Shown: positions 10,852 through 21,060, counted from the first letter of the stretch. The stretch is 64,000 nucleotides of DNA from Candidatus Thorarchaeota archaeon (GCA_046482545.1 JAWOEX010000013.1:1-64000), one strand, 5' to 3'. Numbers and translations: made by a program. Notes: generated by a model from the letters alone, not told the origin.

Positions 10852-11945
10852 GCAAGAACCTCCTTGAGTGTGCTTACAAAGCGATTCATGACTGGCCTTG
10901 GTCCAACAGTAACTCTGATACAATTCTCATGATTGAGAATGTGTCCTATATCACGAACTAGTATCCCCCTTCTTGCAAGTCCAGCAGTAACATCTCTTGA
11001 TGACTGCTTCGTCTTGAACAACACAAAGTTGGTTTCCGAATTGAATGCCTTGACTGTTGATAGTGCATTTAGCTTTGAAATCAGACACTTTCGTTCCATT
11101 ACCACAGATCTAATAGTGTTGTTCACCAAATCTTTCTGACTTAGAACCCGCGAAGCAATGTCTGCAGCAAGTGAACTGACCGGAAACGGGTGCTGCATGG
11201 AATGCTTAACCGTTGAGATAAGATTCTCTTGCCCCACGACATAACCTAATCTGAGACCAGCTAGGCCCGATGACTTGGAAAACGTACGAAGAATTACGAG
11301 ATTCTCGTGCGATTCAGTAAGTTTGACAAGACTGGTACCTGCGAAGGCAGCATACGCCTCATCGATAACAACCAAGCTGTTGGTTTCTGCCAATAACTTC
11401 TCAATATCGGTGGAATCGAATGAAACCGCAGTCGGATTGTTTGGTGAACAAAGGAATACCAATTGGCACGTGCTGTCAATCTCGGCAAGCAGTGTTCCCA
11501 AGTCTAACGTAAAATCACTCCTCAGAGGAGCCTCGCGGTAGGTTGTATTGTTTGCCAGCACGTATCTTCTGTACATCGCAAACGTTGGCCCAACAGACAC
11601 AACCTTGCTACCTGGCCTTGCTATGCATCTTACAAGAAGATCTATCAATTGGTCCCCTCCATTTCCAATTAGAACCTGCTCAGGCCTGATATTATGTTCC
11701 TTGGACAGCAGGTTTTCTAGTGCATCTATGGCCTCAACGGAGTATCTTCTCGGGTCACTACTATTCACAGCTTTTACCATGATGTCTCTTAGAATCTGGA
11801 GATTAAGGAAGATGTTTTCATTGGCTGACAGTCTTACAATATTCTGCGCCTGGAAGGCCCCCTCACCCATATTTGATTCATACTGTGGTGTACGTTGGGC
11901 TATCCTCTTCAGTCTTGTGTGCCACAACGAACTGCCCGAGGTCAT
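10848..11945 (-). CDS. hisC: Histidinol-phosphate aminotransferase
   Basis: LSANEN, CSPNNPT, IDEAY, RTFSK..GLAGLRLGY motifs. Confidence 0.95.
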   Translation of the reverse strand: MTSGSSLWHTRLKRIAQRTPQYESNMGEGAFQAQNIVRLSANENIFLNLQILRDIMVKAVNSSDPRRYSVEAIDALENLLSKEHNIRPEQVLIGNGGDQLIDLLVRCIARPGSKVVSVGPTFAMYRRYVLANNTTYREAPLRSDFTLDLGTLLAEIDSTCQLVFLCSPNNPTAVSFDSTDIEKLLAETNSLVVIDEAYAAFAGTSLVKLTESHENLVILRTFSKSSGLAGLRLGYVVGQENLISTVKHSMQHPFPVSSLAADIASRVLSQKDLVNNTIRSVVMERKCLISKLNALSTVKAFNSETNFVLFKTKQSSRDVTAGLARRGILVRDIGHILNHENCIRVTVGPRPVMNRFVSTLKEVLA

Positions 11946-13243
11946 TCAGTGAACCTCCCCTCTACAGCCTTCCCGTGGTTTGGGAGCCCTTCGCTTTCAG
12001 AAAGAGCCTCAATATGAGGTGCTACCTGCTTCAATCCGGACCGGCTAGATTCAACAATCATGTATGCCCTCACGAAATCGTCGACGGAAAGTCCTGAGAA
12101 GGCATTAGCAAATCCTTCGGTGGGTAGAACATGATTTGTACCTAAACAATAATCACTGGCGGCAACAGGTGTGTAGTCTCCAACAAGAACCAATCCTGCA
12201 GAGGTGATTCTCTCTGCTATTCCGATTGGTTCAGCGGCCATGATTTGAACATGTTCTGGCGCATATTGGTTGATGAATTCCAGTCCCCGCTCCAAAGTCT
12301 GACAGAAATAAATCAGACCGTTTTGCTGAAGCGCTTCAAAGACAGTCTCAGATCTTGGCAGAGTAGATACTTTTCTCTTCAACTCCGCCTCAACCTCGTC
12401 TGCTATCTTTTTCGATGGAGTTATCAATATAGCCGAGGCATCGAAATCATGTTCTGCCTGTGATATCAAATCGAGTGCAATAAGACACGGTTTGGCTGAG
12501 CTATCTGCCAATATTACAATCTCGCTTGGTCCGGCAGGCAAATCTATCTGCACATCACCCGAAACAATTCTCTTTGCCAAGGTGACATACTTGTTCCCCG
12601 GCCCCACTATCTTTTCCACTCTGTTGATGCTATCTGTGCCATATGCGAGTGCCGCTATCGCTTGAGCTCCACCGACTCGATATATCTCATCGACACCGCA
12701 TCTATCAGCTGCCACTAATGTCAACGCATTCACATTGCCATCTTTATCTGGAGGCGTGCAGAGAACAACTCTTTTGACACCAGCTGATCTAGCTGGGATA
12801 GATGTCATTACAACTGAGCTTGGATATGCGGCACGTCCCCCCGGAACGTAGCAGCCAACACTTCTGAGAGGGCTTATTTTCTTCCATGTTCTAATACCAT
12901 TAGATTTGAAACTGAATTCAGCACGTTGAAGATATCTCTTACTCGTAGAAGCCAGTCTTCTTATGGCAACCTCAATCGCGGCAAGTTGTTTATTGGTTAC
13001 CTCATTGTATGCATTCTCAATATCTTGGTCCGTGATTCGGAATCTACCGTCCAAATTTACATCATCAAAATCTTGAGTGAATCTGTCAACAGCTTGATCT
13101 CCTTCTAGCCTTACTCTACCTACAATCTCTTTAACGTCTTCGTAAGATTTGCCTCTATTCACCATCTTGCTGGGCCACCTTGACCCAAGCACATCTTGAG
13201 GAACGGAGTTTACTCTTCTGATTGTCAGCGTTTTGTCCGTCAT
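11942..13243 (-). CDS. hisD: Histidinol dehydrogenase
   Basis: GCYVPGG, GPGNKYV, AGPSE, QAEH, APEH, GTNHVLPT motifs. Confidence 0.97.
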   Translation of the reverse strand: MTDKTLTIRRVNSVPQDVLGSRWPSKMVNRGKSYEDVKEIVGRVRLEGDQAVDRFTQDFDDVNLDGRFRITDQDIENAYNEVTNKQLAAIEVAIRRLASTSKRYLQRAEFSFKSNGIRTWKKISPLRSVGCYVPGGRAAYPSSVVMTSIPARSAGVKRVVLCTPPDKDGNVNALTLVAADRCGVDEIYRVGGAQAIAALAYGTDSINRVEKIVGPGNKYVTLAKRIVSGDVQIDLPAGPSEIVILADSSAKPCLIALDLISQAEHDFDASAILITPSKKIADEVEAELKRKVSTLPRSETVFEALQQNGLIYFCQTLERGLEFINQYAPEHVQIMAAEPIGIAERITSAGLVLVGDYTPVAASDYCLGTNHVLPTEGFANAFSGLSVDDFVRAYMIVESSRSGLKQVAPHIEALSESEGLPNHGKAVEGRFTE

Positions 13244-14226
13244 TGGTTGTAACCTCCGGCAGCTGAGATTGAATCAAGTGGCAAGACTTGCCTTGGCTCA
13301 TAGACGACAAGCCCTTGAGCCAATTCTCGAAGTATGGGGATGAATTTGAGATACTGCTCTCTAGCAATGACTGTGTTAACCGCTACCCATTCCTCATCAT
13401 CAAGAGGCGATACAGTAGGTCTTTTGAGAGCAGGCAGCCTTTCCAACAACTCATCCAGGTTTTCTTTTTCCACATTTACAAACATATGGAGCTTCTTTCT
13501 GCCATCAACTACCCCCTTCAATACAGTCATGATATCCATGATTTTTGATGCCTTGGCTGAATCTGAGAGGGCGTCTCTATTTGCAATCAATACTGCAGAC
13601 GATTCCATGAGAGTTTCAATGGATTTGAGGCCATTTCGACGAAGGGATGTTCCTGTATCAACTACTTCCACAATGGCTTCAGCGGCAATCGGCGGCTTTG
13701 CTTCGGTTGCTCCAAAGGAAAGGTATACCGACACATCCGGATTGTCTCCGGTTCGCCACCACGGAGTTACCACTAGCGGCTTCTCATTCCCAAAATGTTT
13801 CTGATATGCTTCATTCTTCCTTATCGTATCTACGGCGATATTAGGATATTCGGTTGCTATCCTCAAGGGTTTCTTCTTTTTTCCAAACTTATCAAGAAGG
13901 TCTGACAGGGATGAAACATCATCCATCGTCTTTTGCACCGCAACTACCAAGGAAATGGTACTGTATTCGAGATTCAACAGATTCTCTACTTGTGCTTCCG
14001 TCTCAGTGAGCCAATCTACACCGGTAATACCAATATCTTGGAGACCTTCTTCCACATAGATAGGTATCTCCTGTGGTCGTAGAATTCTAAGTTTGATATG
14101 GTGATCGTTTATGGAAGGACTGTACGTACGCTCTTCACCTGATATCCTATAGCCAGCACGTTGCATAGTTTTCATCGTATCTTTCATCAAATGTCCGTTT
14201 GGTAACGCGAGTCTTACTTTTTCCAT
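13240..14226 (-). CDS. hisG: ATP phosphoribosyltransferase, long form
   Basis: RPQEIP.YV, DIGITG.DW, IATEYP, GATEA, DTGTSLR.NGL, plus C-terminal regulatory domain (PTVSPL). Confidence 0.95.
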   Translation of the reverse strand: MEKVRLALPNGHLMKDTMKTMQRAGYRISGEERTYSPSINDHHIKLRILRPQEIPIYVEEGLQDIGITGVDWLTETEAQVENLLNLEYSTISLVVAVQKTMDDVSSLSDLLDKFGKKKKPLRIATEYPNIAVDTIRKNEAYQKHFGNEKPLVVTPWWRTGDNPDVSVYLSFGATEAKPPIAAEAIVEVVDTGTSLRRNGLKSIETLMESSAVLIANRDALSDSAKASKIMDIMTVLKGVVDGRKKLHMFVNVEKENLDELLERLPALKRPTVSPLDDEEWVAVNTVIAREQYLKFIPILRELAQGLVVYEPRQVLPLDSISAAGGYNQ

Positions 14227-14463
14227 AACAAATCACCTAGAAGCAACTCAATAGTTGTACAATTGTAGGGCAACTCAAAATACTCAGTCGAGACTACTCT
14301 CCACTTCACATTAGTTGTCCAGAAAAACAGTACTTGCGGAGAAACCACTAGAGGCCTTCGTATGTTAATCTCTATGACGCTTGCCTTACAGATGAACACA
14401 ATCGCCACAGATGAACATAATACCTCATGTGTGGTTCACCATGTTTTCTACCGCTGGGCGGTG

Positions 14464-14471
14464 ATATATAA
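14464..14471 (-). promoter_or_regulatory. Putative TATA box of the his operon
   Basis: Minus-strand TTATATAT about 240 bp upstream of hisG. Confidence 0.45.
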
Positions 14472-14622
14472 GCATTGTTGTACAGATATGTACGTTGAGA
14501 GCTAATCTGGACTCGAACCTCATCTTTCTATGTACCGGGTAATACTAGCTTTCGTAGATCAGAGGAATCTTCTTCGGAATGAATAAAACCCTCTTCGGGA
14601 TTCACATCTAGGGGTTGTATCA

Positions 14623-15672
14623 ATTACTTCGCATAAGAAATCGCGAGTCTGTCTGATTGCTACTGGAGGAACTATCTCCAGCATATATGATGATGAGCTG
14701 ATGGCATATCGACCCGGCTTGTCTGCTGATAAGCTACTTGACGCGCTTCCGGAGGGTGCAAACGATATCGAAGTGATGAAACAAGATCTGTTCCAGCTTG
14801 ATTCAGCAAATGCTCAACCTCACTACTGGATTGAGATTGCACGGGCAATCAAGAAGGCCGATGAAGAAATCGGAGACCTCGACGGCATTGTAGTGCTTCA
14901 CGGCACTGATACAATGGTATATTCAGCTTCAGCAGCAAGTTTCTTCATTCAAGAATTTGGCCGTCCCATTGTGTTCACCGGGTCCCAGATTGCAGCCAGT
15001 GTCCCTTGGAGTGATGGGCCGAGAAATCTCCTTGATGCGCTCAGGGTGGCTGCTTGGGCTGATATTGGTGAAGTTTGTATTGTCTTCAATGGCGAGATTC
15101 ACAGGGCTACACGAACACGGAAAATCCGGGAGCGAGCACTGGATGCTTTCGATACTTCTGATCCAACACCGTTAGGTCTCCTAGCGCGCGAGATTGTACT
15201 ATATGAATCGAGGATAAAGCGTACGGAATCCATTCCGAATTATGATTTTGCCCTTGACGACGGCGTATTTCTTCTGAAGACATTTCCAGGCATGAGTCCC
15301 AATATACTGTCCAGAATAATAGAATCGGGGTACAACGGCATCGTGATAGAGGGGTTTGGGTCAGGGAATATACCGACGAAAGAAAACTCCTTAACTGATG
15401 CAATTGGAGAGATTGTTGAAGCCGGCTATCCCGTAGTCATCAGCACACAGTGTGCATTTGGCCAAGCAGATTTATCATTGTATGAAGTCGGCAAGGCAGC
15501 TCTTGATGTAGGAGCAATGAGTGCCCATGATATGACTTCAGAAGCCGCACTTGTCAAACTGATGTGGGTGCTTGGCCACACCAATGACTTGAACGAAATT
15601 GAAGAAATGATGATTACCAATTACGTTGGGGAAATTTCTTTTTCAGGAGCAGTTGGCCTTCGTGGAACCTAG
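14623..15672 (+). CDS. ansA: L-asparaginase type I; probable non-canonical ATT start
   Basis: HGTDT, TGSQ and EGFGSGN motifs. The catalytic ATGGTIS motif lies in frame upstream of the first ATG (14701). Confidence 0.85.
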   Translation: MTSHKKSRVCLIATGGTISSIYDDELMAYRPGLSADKLLDALPEGANDIEVMKQDLFQLDSANAQPHYWIEIARAIKKADEEIGDLDGIVVLHGTDTMVYSASAASFFIQEFGRPIVFTGSQIAASVPWSDGPRNLLDALRVAAWADIGEVCIVFNGEIHRATRTRKIRERALDAFDTSDPTPLGLLAREIVLYESRIKRTESIPNYDFALDDGVFLLKTFPGMSPNILSRIIESGYNGIVIEGFGSGNIPTKENSLTDAIGEIVEAGYPVVISTQCAFGQADLSLYEVGKAALDVGAMSAHDMTSEAALVKLMWVLGHTNDLNEIEEMMITNYVGEISFSGAVGLRGT

Positions 15673-15772
15673 CTGATAATAGCGGTGAAACGTCAGTTTT
15701 AAATCGCCATCAGAGTGTCTCTTGCCTGTTCAATGAGCGTATAACACATTCATTGTCCATACAAGTAAGAAA

Positions 15773-15916
15773 GCCCGGATAGCCAAGTGGTTGGCCTGTG
15801 ACATTTCGTCACAGGTTCGCAAACGGCGGCAGCCTGGAATGGGTACTTTCAAGAAATCCCCCTACGGGCAGCTGCTGTCCTTTGTGGACGCGTGCGTTCG
15901 AATCGCACTCCGGGCG
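15773..15916 (+). tRNA. tRNA-Ser(GGA) with two 30-nt introns (D-loop 15793-15822; canonical 37/38 at 15840-15869)
   Basis: Acceptor stem GCCCGGA/TCCGGGC, discriminator G, T arm GTGCG-TTCGAAT-CGCAC, long variable arm, anticodon arm GCAGC-CTGGAA^A-GCTGC. Lies directly upstream of rps13. Confidence 0.9.
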
Positions 15917-16015
15917 CTCTATTTAGAGGAATGCGCGCCGCTTCATGATAACTATTATAAGGTCTCTACTCCAGCCGGAAGTGAATCAGACCAGCCAGTA
16001 ATGAGGTTGTAGACC

Positions 16016-16510
16016 ATGTCCGAACAGAAGTATAAACACATTGTCCGATTAGTCGGTACCGACATTCCCGGAGAAGAAGATTTGCTCCAAGGACTGACTC
16101 AAATTACAGGTGTTGGTCTCAGAGTGGCAAAAGGGATTACTCGCCATTTGGGACTAGACGGATCGACAAGAATCGGTTTTGTGAGCGAAGAGCATATTGA
16201 AAAGATAGAGGACGTGCTCGATGATCTAGTTAGCAAAGGTTTCCCCAAGTGGTATGTGAATAGACAGCGGGATCGAGTCAGCGGGAAGAATCTACATCTT
16301 CTGGGGTCTGATTTGAGATTTGCACAGCGGACTGATATTGAGCGATTAAAGCGGATTCGATGCTGGAGAGGCGTTCGTCACCAGCTGGGTCTCAAGGTTC
16401 GTGGTCAACGAACAAGGACTACAGGTCGTGGTGGCATGGCCGTTGGTGTATCCAGAAAGCGAATCAAGCGAGAGAGACGCGAAGCCGAACAAGAAGAAGA
16501 AGAAGAGTAG
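16016..16510 (+). CDS. rps13: 30S ribosomal protein uS13
   Basis: IVRLVGTDI, WRGVRHQLGLKVRGQRTRTTGR. Confidence 0.97.
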   Translation: MSEQKYKHIVRLVGTDIPGEEDLLQGLTQITGVGLRVAKGITRHLGLDGSTRIGFVSEEHIEKIEDVLDDLVSKGFPKWYVNRQRDRVSGKNLHLLGSDLRFAQRTDIERLKRIRCWRGVRHQLGLKVRGQRTRTTGRGGMAVGVSRKRIKRERREAEQEEEEE

Positions 16511-16522
16511 GAGTGATAAGCA

Positions 16523-17113
16523 ATGGGAGATCCACGCAGGCAACAAAAGCACTATGTAATTCCGAAACGCCCTTTCGATTCTGATCGCTTCGAACGCGAG
16601 TTGCAGCTAATCGGCACATATGGCTTGCGTAACAAGAAGGAGCTTTGGATTCACAGAACCAAGCTCTCAGACTATCGACGACAAGCTCGGAACATTCTTG
16701 CCCTTCCACCGGAAGAGCGGCAGGAACCAACAAGGGAGCTGATTCGGAAACTAGATCGGCTCGGTGTTCTGTCAGGTGAAGTTACACTCGATACCGTACT
16801 TGACCTTACAGTCGAAGATCTCCTAGAACGCAGACTCCAAACAATTGTTTTCAAGAAAGGAATGGCTTCTTCGCTGCATCATGCCAGACAACTGGTTGCT
16901 CATGGTCACATTGCCCTTGATAGGGCGAGAGTGATGACACCAAGTAGAATCATCAATGAGTCGGAGGAAGAGCGAATCGATTATGCCCCCGGATCACCAC
17001 TCAAAGATGAGTCACATCCTGCGAGAGTAGCAGCAGCTGAAACAGCTGAGATGATGGCCGAGACAGGGGGGGCCGCACGGAATAGATATAACGAACCGGG
17101 TCAGCCCGATTAG
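16523..17113 (+). CDS. rps4: 30S ribosomal protein uS4
   Basis: MGDPR, YGLRNKKELW, LERRLQT, ARQLVAHGHI. Confidence 0.97.
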   Translation: MGDPRRQQKHYVIPKRPFDSDRFERELQLIGTYGLRNKKELWIHRTKLSDYRRQARNILALPPEERQEPTRELIRKLDRLGVLSGEVTLDTVLDLTVEDLLERRLQTIVFKKGMASSLHHARQLVAHGHIALDRARVMTPSRIINESEEERIDYAPGSPLKDESHPARVAAAETAEMMAETGGAARNRYNEPGQPD

Positions 17114-17126
17114 GAGATAATACGAA

Positions 17127-17528
17127 ATGAGTAAGAAAGACAATCGGGACAAATGGGCGATTGCCCACATTTATGCTTCATACAACGATACTATTGTACA
17201 CCTTACCGACATCACGGGTGCTGAGACTATTTCACGCAAATCTGGTGGAATGGTTGTAAAGGCAGACCGAAACGAATCGTCACCTCACGCTGCGATGCAG
17301 GCCGCTTTCCAAGCTGCACGAGAAGCAAAGGACAAAGGCATCTATGGTATCCACATTCGTGTACGTGCTCCTGGTGGACATGGTCCAAAAACACCAGGTC
17401 CTGGAGCACAGGCAGCCATTCGAGCTCTAAGCAGAGCCGGGCTCAGGATAGGTATTATTGACGAAGTTACGCCAATTCCCCACGACGGCACAAGAAAACC
17501 AGGTGGCCGACGAGGTCGTCGGGTCTAG
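17127..17528 (+). CDS. rps11: 30S ribosomal protein uS11
   Basis: [27 protein letters not shown]. Confidence 0.97.
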   Translation: MSKKDNRDKWAIAHIYASYNDTIVHLTDITGAETISRKSGGMVVKADRNESSPHAAMQAAFQAAREAKDKGIYGIHIRVRAPGGHGPKTPGPGAQAAIRALSRAGLRIGIIDEVTPIPHDGTRKPGGRRGRRV

Positions 17529-17559
17529 TTGAGCGTTATAGCGCTCATATTTCGTGTTT

Positions 17560-18894
17560 TCAAGGCATATGCCATTCTTCGATAAGATTAGTAGGTCCAC
17601 CACTGTTTCGTTTTCCTACTCTAGCATGAGGTCTAGTAAGATGCCGTTGCGCTCTGAGTGGTGGCAAATACAACTTCTCTGAGATTTCTCGTGGTATAAT
17701 CTCCTTGATCTTTTCCCCTTCTGGATCTCTGAAGCCACAGTTCTTGCATTTGTAACCCTTGTTACGGCCCGCACTTGTCATACGTCGAGAGCACTCTGGG
17801 CATATAGGGTTGTGATATCTTACTTTCTCGGTCAAGTTGATTACTTCCATTCCTTCAACGTTCGCTGTCATACCATGAGTGCGCGAAGCAGGCCGTATAC
17901 CCGAGTGTAGTATGATTTCATCTCCGGCTATCAGTTTCAGCACAGTTTTTCTGAAATCTCCCGTTGGTTCGTATGCTGCACATTCGATTGTTCCTGTAGT
18001 ATCTGATACTTGGAATATTGCATGACCACCTTCAATCATCTCTGGTCTTGCTGAGACCTCCCCCCGGATGGTTACGGCCATGTATGGTCTTAGATGTTGT
18101 ATCTCAAGATGGTGCCTAAGATGTTCTCCTGTTCCTTGATTTGTTCTGAAAAGCAACCAACGTTGCCTTTTCGGGGTACTGCGCACCATTTTCCCAGCCC
18201 TAACAGTATCGCCCGGTTTTTCCCCCCGTACGCCATAGATGACCGGATCCGGACCATGTGGAGCAATTAGGACGCGTCCTGTTCGATGATCGATGTTTGA
18301 AAAAACAGCATCATCCATTTTCTTATCCATGGTCTCTACTGATTCCGATTTCACTCCCCTTTCCCTTGAATGGTTCTCTAAGCTGCGATAGGCTATGTAT
18401 TCATAGGTATAATCGTCACAGAGCTGGTTACCAATTGCAGAAAGGGCACCTATGAGTCCGCGCTTGTTCCCATAGGCATGGAACTGAATATTCACTTCAT
18501 TGAGAAGCCGACGTACAAATGCTATTGGGATTACACGCCAAAGTGCCCGTCTCGACAAGGTACCAAGGATGGGTGGCACTTGACCCTTAACTAGAACAAC
18601 TCCGGGATTGGTATTCGAGTATTCTTCTTCTATGTAATTCTCAATTTCTTTTTCTAGGATGTCTAGAATTCCGTCAAAGTGTTTTTGCTCCACTCTAAGT
18701 CGAAGGGCAATTGATCCATTTCCCCGCGTTCTGTAGGGGATGTTCGGATTAAGTCTAATAAGATTAGGATAGTCAAGCCACCGTACACCAAGATAATCCA
18801 GCTTTTCGACGATGATGCTGGCAAAATGAGTAGTACATCGTCCTCGTGGACTATCAATATCATCCATACCAATGTGCAAAGTCTTGAGTGTCAT
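17560..18894 (-). CDS. tiaS: tRNA(Ile2) agmatinylcytidine synthase
   Basis: IGMDDIDS..G.CTT, RLNPNIPY.TRGN, TNQGT, AAYEPT, Zn ribbon, HLTRP. Confidence 0.93.
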   Translation of the reverse strand: MTLKTLHIGMDDIDSPRGRCTTHFASIIVEKLDYLGVRWLDYPNLIRLNPNIPYRTRGNGSIALRLRVEQKHFDGILDILEKEIENYIEEEYSNTNPGVVLVKGQVPPILGTLSRRALWRVIPIAFVRRLLNEVNIQFHAYGNKRGLIGALSAIGNQLCDDYTYEYIAYRSLENHSRERGVKSESVETMDKKMDDAVFSNIDHRTGRVLIAPHGPDPVIYGVRGEKPGDTVRAGKMVRSTPKRQRWLLFRTNQGTGEHLRHHLEIQHLRPYMAVTIRGEVSARPEMIEGGHAIFQVSDTTGTIECAAYEPTGDFRKTVLKLIAGDEIILHSGIRPASRTHGMTANVEGMEVINLTEKVRYHNPICPECSRRMTSAGRNKGYKCKNCGFRDPEGEKIKEIIPREISEKLYLPPLRAQRHLTRPHARVGKRNSGGPTNLIEEWHMP

Positions 18895-19163
18895 TATTCA
18901 TCCGCTCTACAATTGTCACAGATGGTGGCTTCTCCTTCCTTGATGCCATGGTCCTCACAGACAAGTTGTCCGCAGATATCACATGCTCGTGAAGCCAGAT
19001 ACTCCTTGCAAATGTAACAGCGCGCTTCCATGCAGACAAGGCATAACCCCTCTTTCATCACTAAGTCCTTGTCACATACATAGGCTCCACACATATTGCA
19101 TTGTGTCAGTGTGGTGTCTGCCTTTCCACAAATCTCGCATGACTCACCCGGACTGAACAACAT
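18894..19163 (-). CDS. Small Cys-rich zinc-finger protein (tandem B-box/AN1-like)
   Basis: Multiple CxxC pairs arranged in two repeats. Confidence 0.7.
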   Translation of the reverse strand: MLFSPGESCEICGKADTTLTQCNMCGAYVCDKDLVMKEGLCLVCMEARCYICKEYLASRACDICGQLVCEDHGIKEGEATICDNCRADE

Positions 19164-19228
19164 GACATCCACAATAGACAAGCTGAATGACAAACCTGAA
19201 ATCTATTGTGGAACGACTTGTATACACC

Positions 19229-19768
19229 ATGGCTGAAGTGGTCAACAGACCCCCTCGAATACTCATCTATCACGCTGGGCAGTGTGATCCAAAGAAATGT
19301 ACAGGATTGAGACTTGAGAGAATGGAGAAAGCCAAGATCCTCAACCACATACGTCAGATACCTAGGGGCTCTGTTGTTCTTAATCCCATTGCCGAAGTAG
19401 CATTCTCAGTCGCAGATGTGGATTTCGTCCTTCGCCGTGGCATTGTAGCTCTGGACTGTTCTTGGCGAAAAGCTGAATCGATTTTTCATGAAGCCCGTCA
19501 GGGTATCCAACGTGCTCTTCCCTATCTCCTTGCAGCCAATCCTGTCAACACCTACAAACCGATTAAGCTTTCTACTGCTGAGGCTCTAGCTGCAGCACTG
19601 TACATTGTGGGGATGGAAGGGAGAGCCAAGGACTTGCTGTCGGTGTTCAAGTGGGGCTCCAACTTCATAACCCTGAACAAGGAATGGTTGGATGTGTATG
19701 CTAAGTGCAACACCAGTTCAGAGGTTGTTGAAGTTCAGTCTGAGATTATGGAAGCTCACCAGAAATAA
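19229..19768 (+). CDS. tsr3: rRNA aminocarboxypropyltransferase Tsr3
   Basis: QCDPKKCTG, LDCSW, RALPYLLAANPVN, LSTAEA, FKWG. Confidence 0.95.
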   Translation: MAEVVNRPPRILIYHAGQCDPKKCTGLRLERMEKAKILNHIRQIPRGSVVLNPIAEVAFSVADVDFVLRRGIVALDCSWRKAESIFHEARQGIQRALPYLLAANPVNTYKPIKLSTAEALAAALYIVGMEGRAKDLLSVFKWGSNFITLNKEWLDVYAKCNTSSEVVEVQSEIMEAHQK

Positions 19769-19830
19769 TCAAGACTGATTGCTGAAATCTGGTCGGAAAT
19801 CATTTTATGTTTAAATGAACCGAAGGAGCC

Positions 19831-20988
19831 ATGCAATATCGTAAACACAATAGCCTAGAACTCTCAGAAATAGGTATCGGCTGTTATGCCCTGAGTGGTG
19901 CTTATGGTTTTGTAGATGTTCAACGTTTCAAAAAAATGATTCAACATGCCTATGAAATGGGAGTGAACTTTTTCGATACTGCAGAAGGATACGGTGAAGG
20001 CGAAAAGATTCTGGGCAAGGCCATCAATTCTTTTCACGAGGATGTCAACATTGCAACGAAGGTAGGTGTTCGCGAAAGAATCAAACCTAATCTCTCTGAG
20101 TCTTACATTCGCAAAGCCTGCGATCGAAGTCTCAAACAGCTTGACACTGATTACATTGATTTATACCAGGTTCATTTTCATGATTCAACTACACCAGTAG
20201 AAGAAACCATCGGGGCACTTGATTCGCTGGTGAGGGAGGGGAAGATCCGTCACTATGGTGTTGGACACCTTCCGAGGCATCAAGTGACGAAGTATTGCGG
20301 AAAGGGGACTCCTTTTTCAATTCTGATGGAACTAAGTGCGGTAACACGAAATTCACGGGAAGAACTCCTCCCTCTTTGTAACACCTATGATGTTGCCGGA
20401 ATTGCCTTCAGTACGACGGGTCGTGGTATACTTACCGGTAAATATGGATCCAACACGAAATTCGAACCGGGTGATATGCGGAATGTCGACCCTTTGTTTC
20501 AACGTGCACGGCTTGAGTCGGCTCTGCGAATCAAAGAGTGTTTCAAGCAGCTTGCACAAGGCTACGGGGCCACTTCTGTTCAGATGGCAATTGCTTGGGT
20601 GCTCGCGCAAGATGGCATCGTTTGTGCTCTTACAGGTACCTCGAAGATTGAGCACCTCGAGGAGAATCTGGGAGCAAGCGGATTGAGAATCAAGCGGACC
20701 GACTTGAATGAGTTGGAAAAGATATTCACCGAGGAGGATAAATGGCTGGTTAAGGAAGAAGAGCAAATCATCAAATCGATTCTGAGTAATCCGCTACCCA
20801 ATGACCCCCAACAAGCTTTTACTGACCTTGTATATGTACTCGAAACAAGTATAGACTTGGAATTGTTGAATGAGCAAACAGTTCATTCTACTTTCATGGA
20901 ACTCTGGCCACTCAAACAGAAACTTGACCAATCCATTCAACCCAAGCTGGTTGCTATTCAGAAGAAGCTTAAAGATTTGTTCTCCTAG
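19831..20988 (+). CDS. Aldo/keto reductase with C-terminal extension
   Basis: FFDTAEGYG, IATKVG, DYIDLYQVH, GKIRHYG. Confidence 0.9.
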   Translation: MQYRKHNSLELSEIGIGCYALSGAYGFVDVQRFKKMIQHAYEMGVNFFDTAEGYGEGEKILGKAINSFHEDVNIATKVGVRERIKPNLSESYIRKACDRSLKQLDTDYIDLYQVHFHDSTTPVEETIGALDSLVREGKIRHYGVGHLPRHQVTKYCGKGTPFSILMELSAVTRNSREELLPLCNTYDVAGIAFSTTGRGILTGKYGSNTKFEPGDMRNVDPLFQRARLESALRIKECFKQLAQGYGATSVQMAIAWVLAQDGIVCALTGTSKIEHLEENLGASGLRIKRTDLNELEKIFTEEDKWLVKEEEQIIKSILSNPLPNDPQQAFTDLVYVLETSIDLELLNEQTVHSTFMELWPLKQKLDQSIQPKLVAIQKKLKDLFS

Positions 20989-21060
20989 CTTGGTTTCATG
21001 TTTCAAATGTAACCAAATCTTTAAGCTACATGGAGAGTAATAACCAATAGAAAACAAAAG

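Noticed and set aside
15791-16012. 73-aa ORF
   Set aside because: It overlaps the intron-containing tRNA-Ser.
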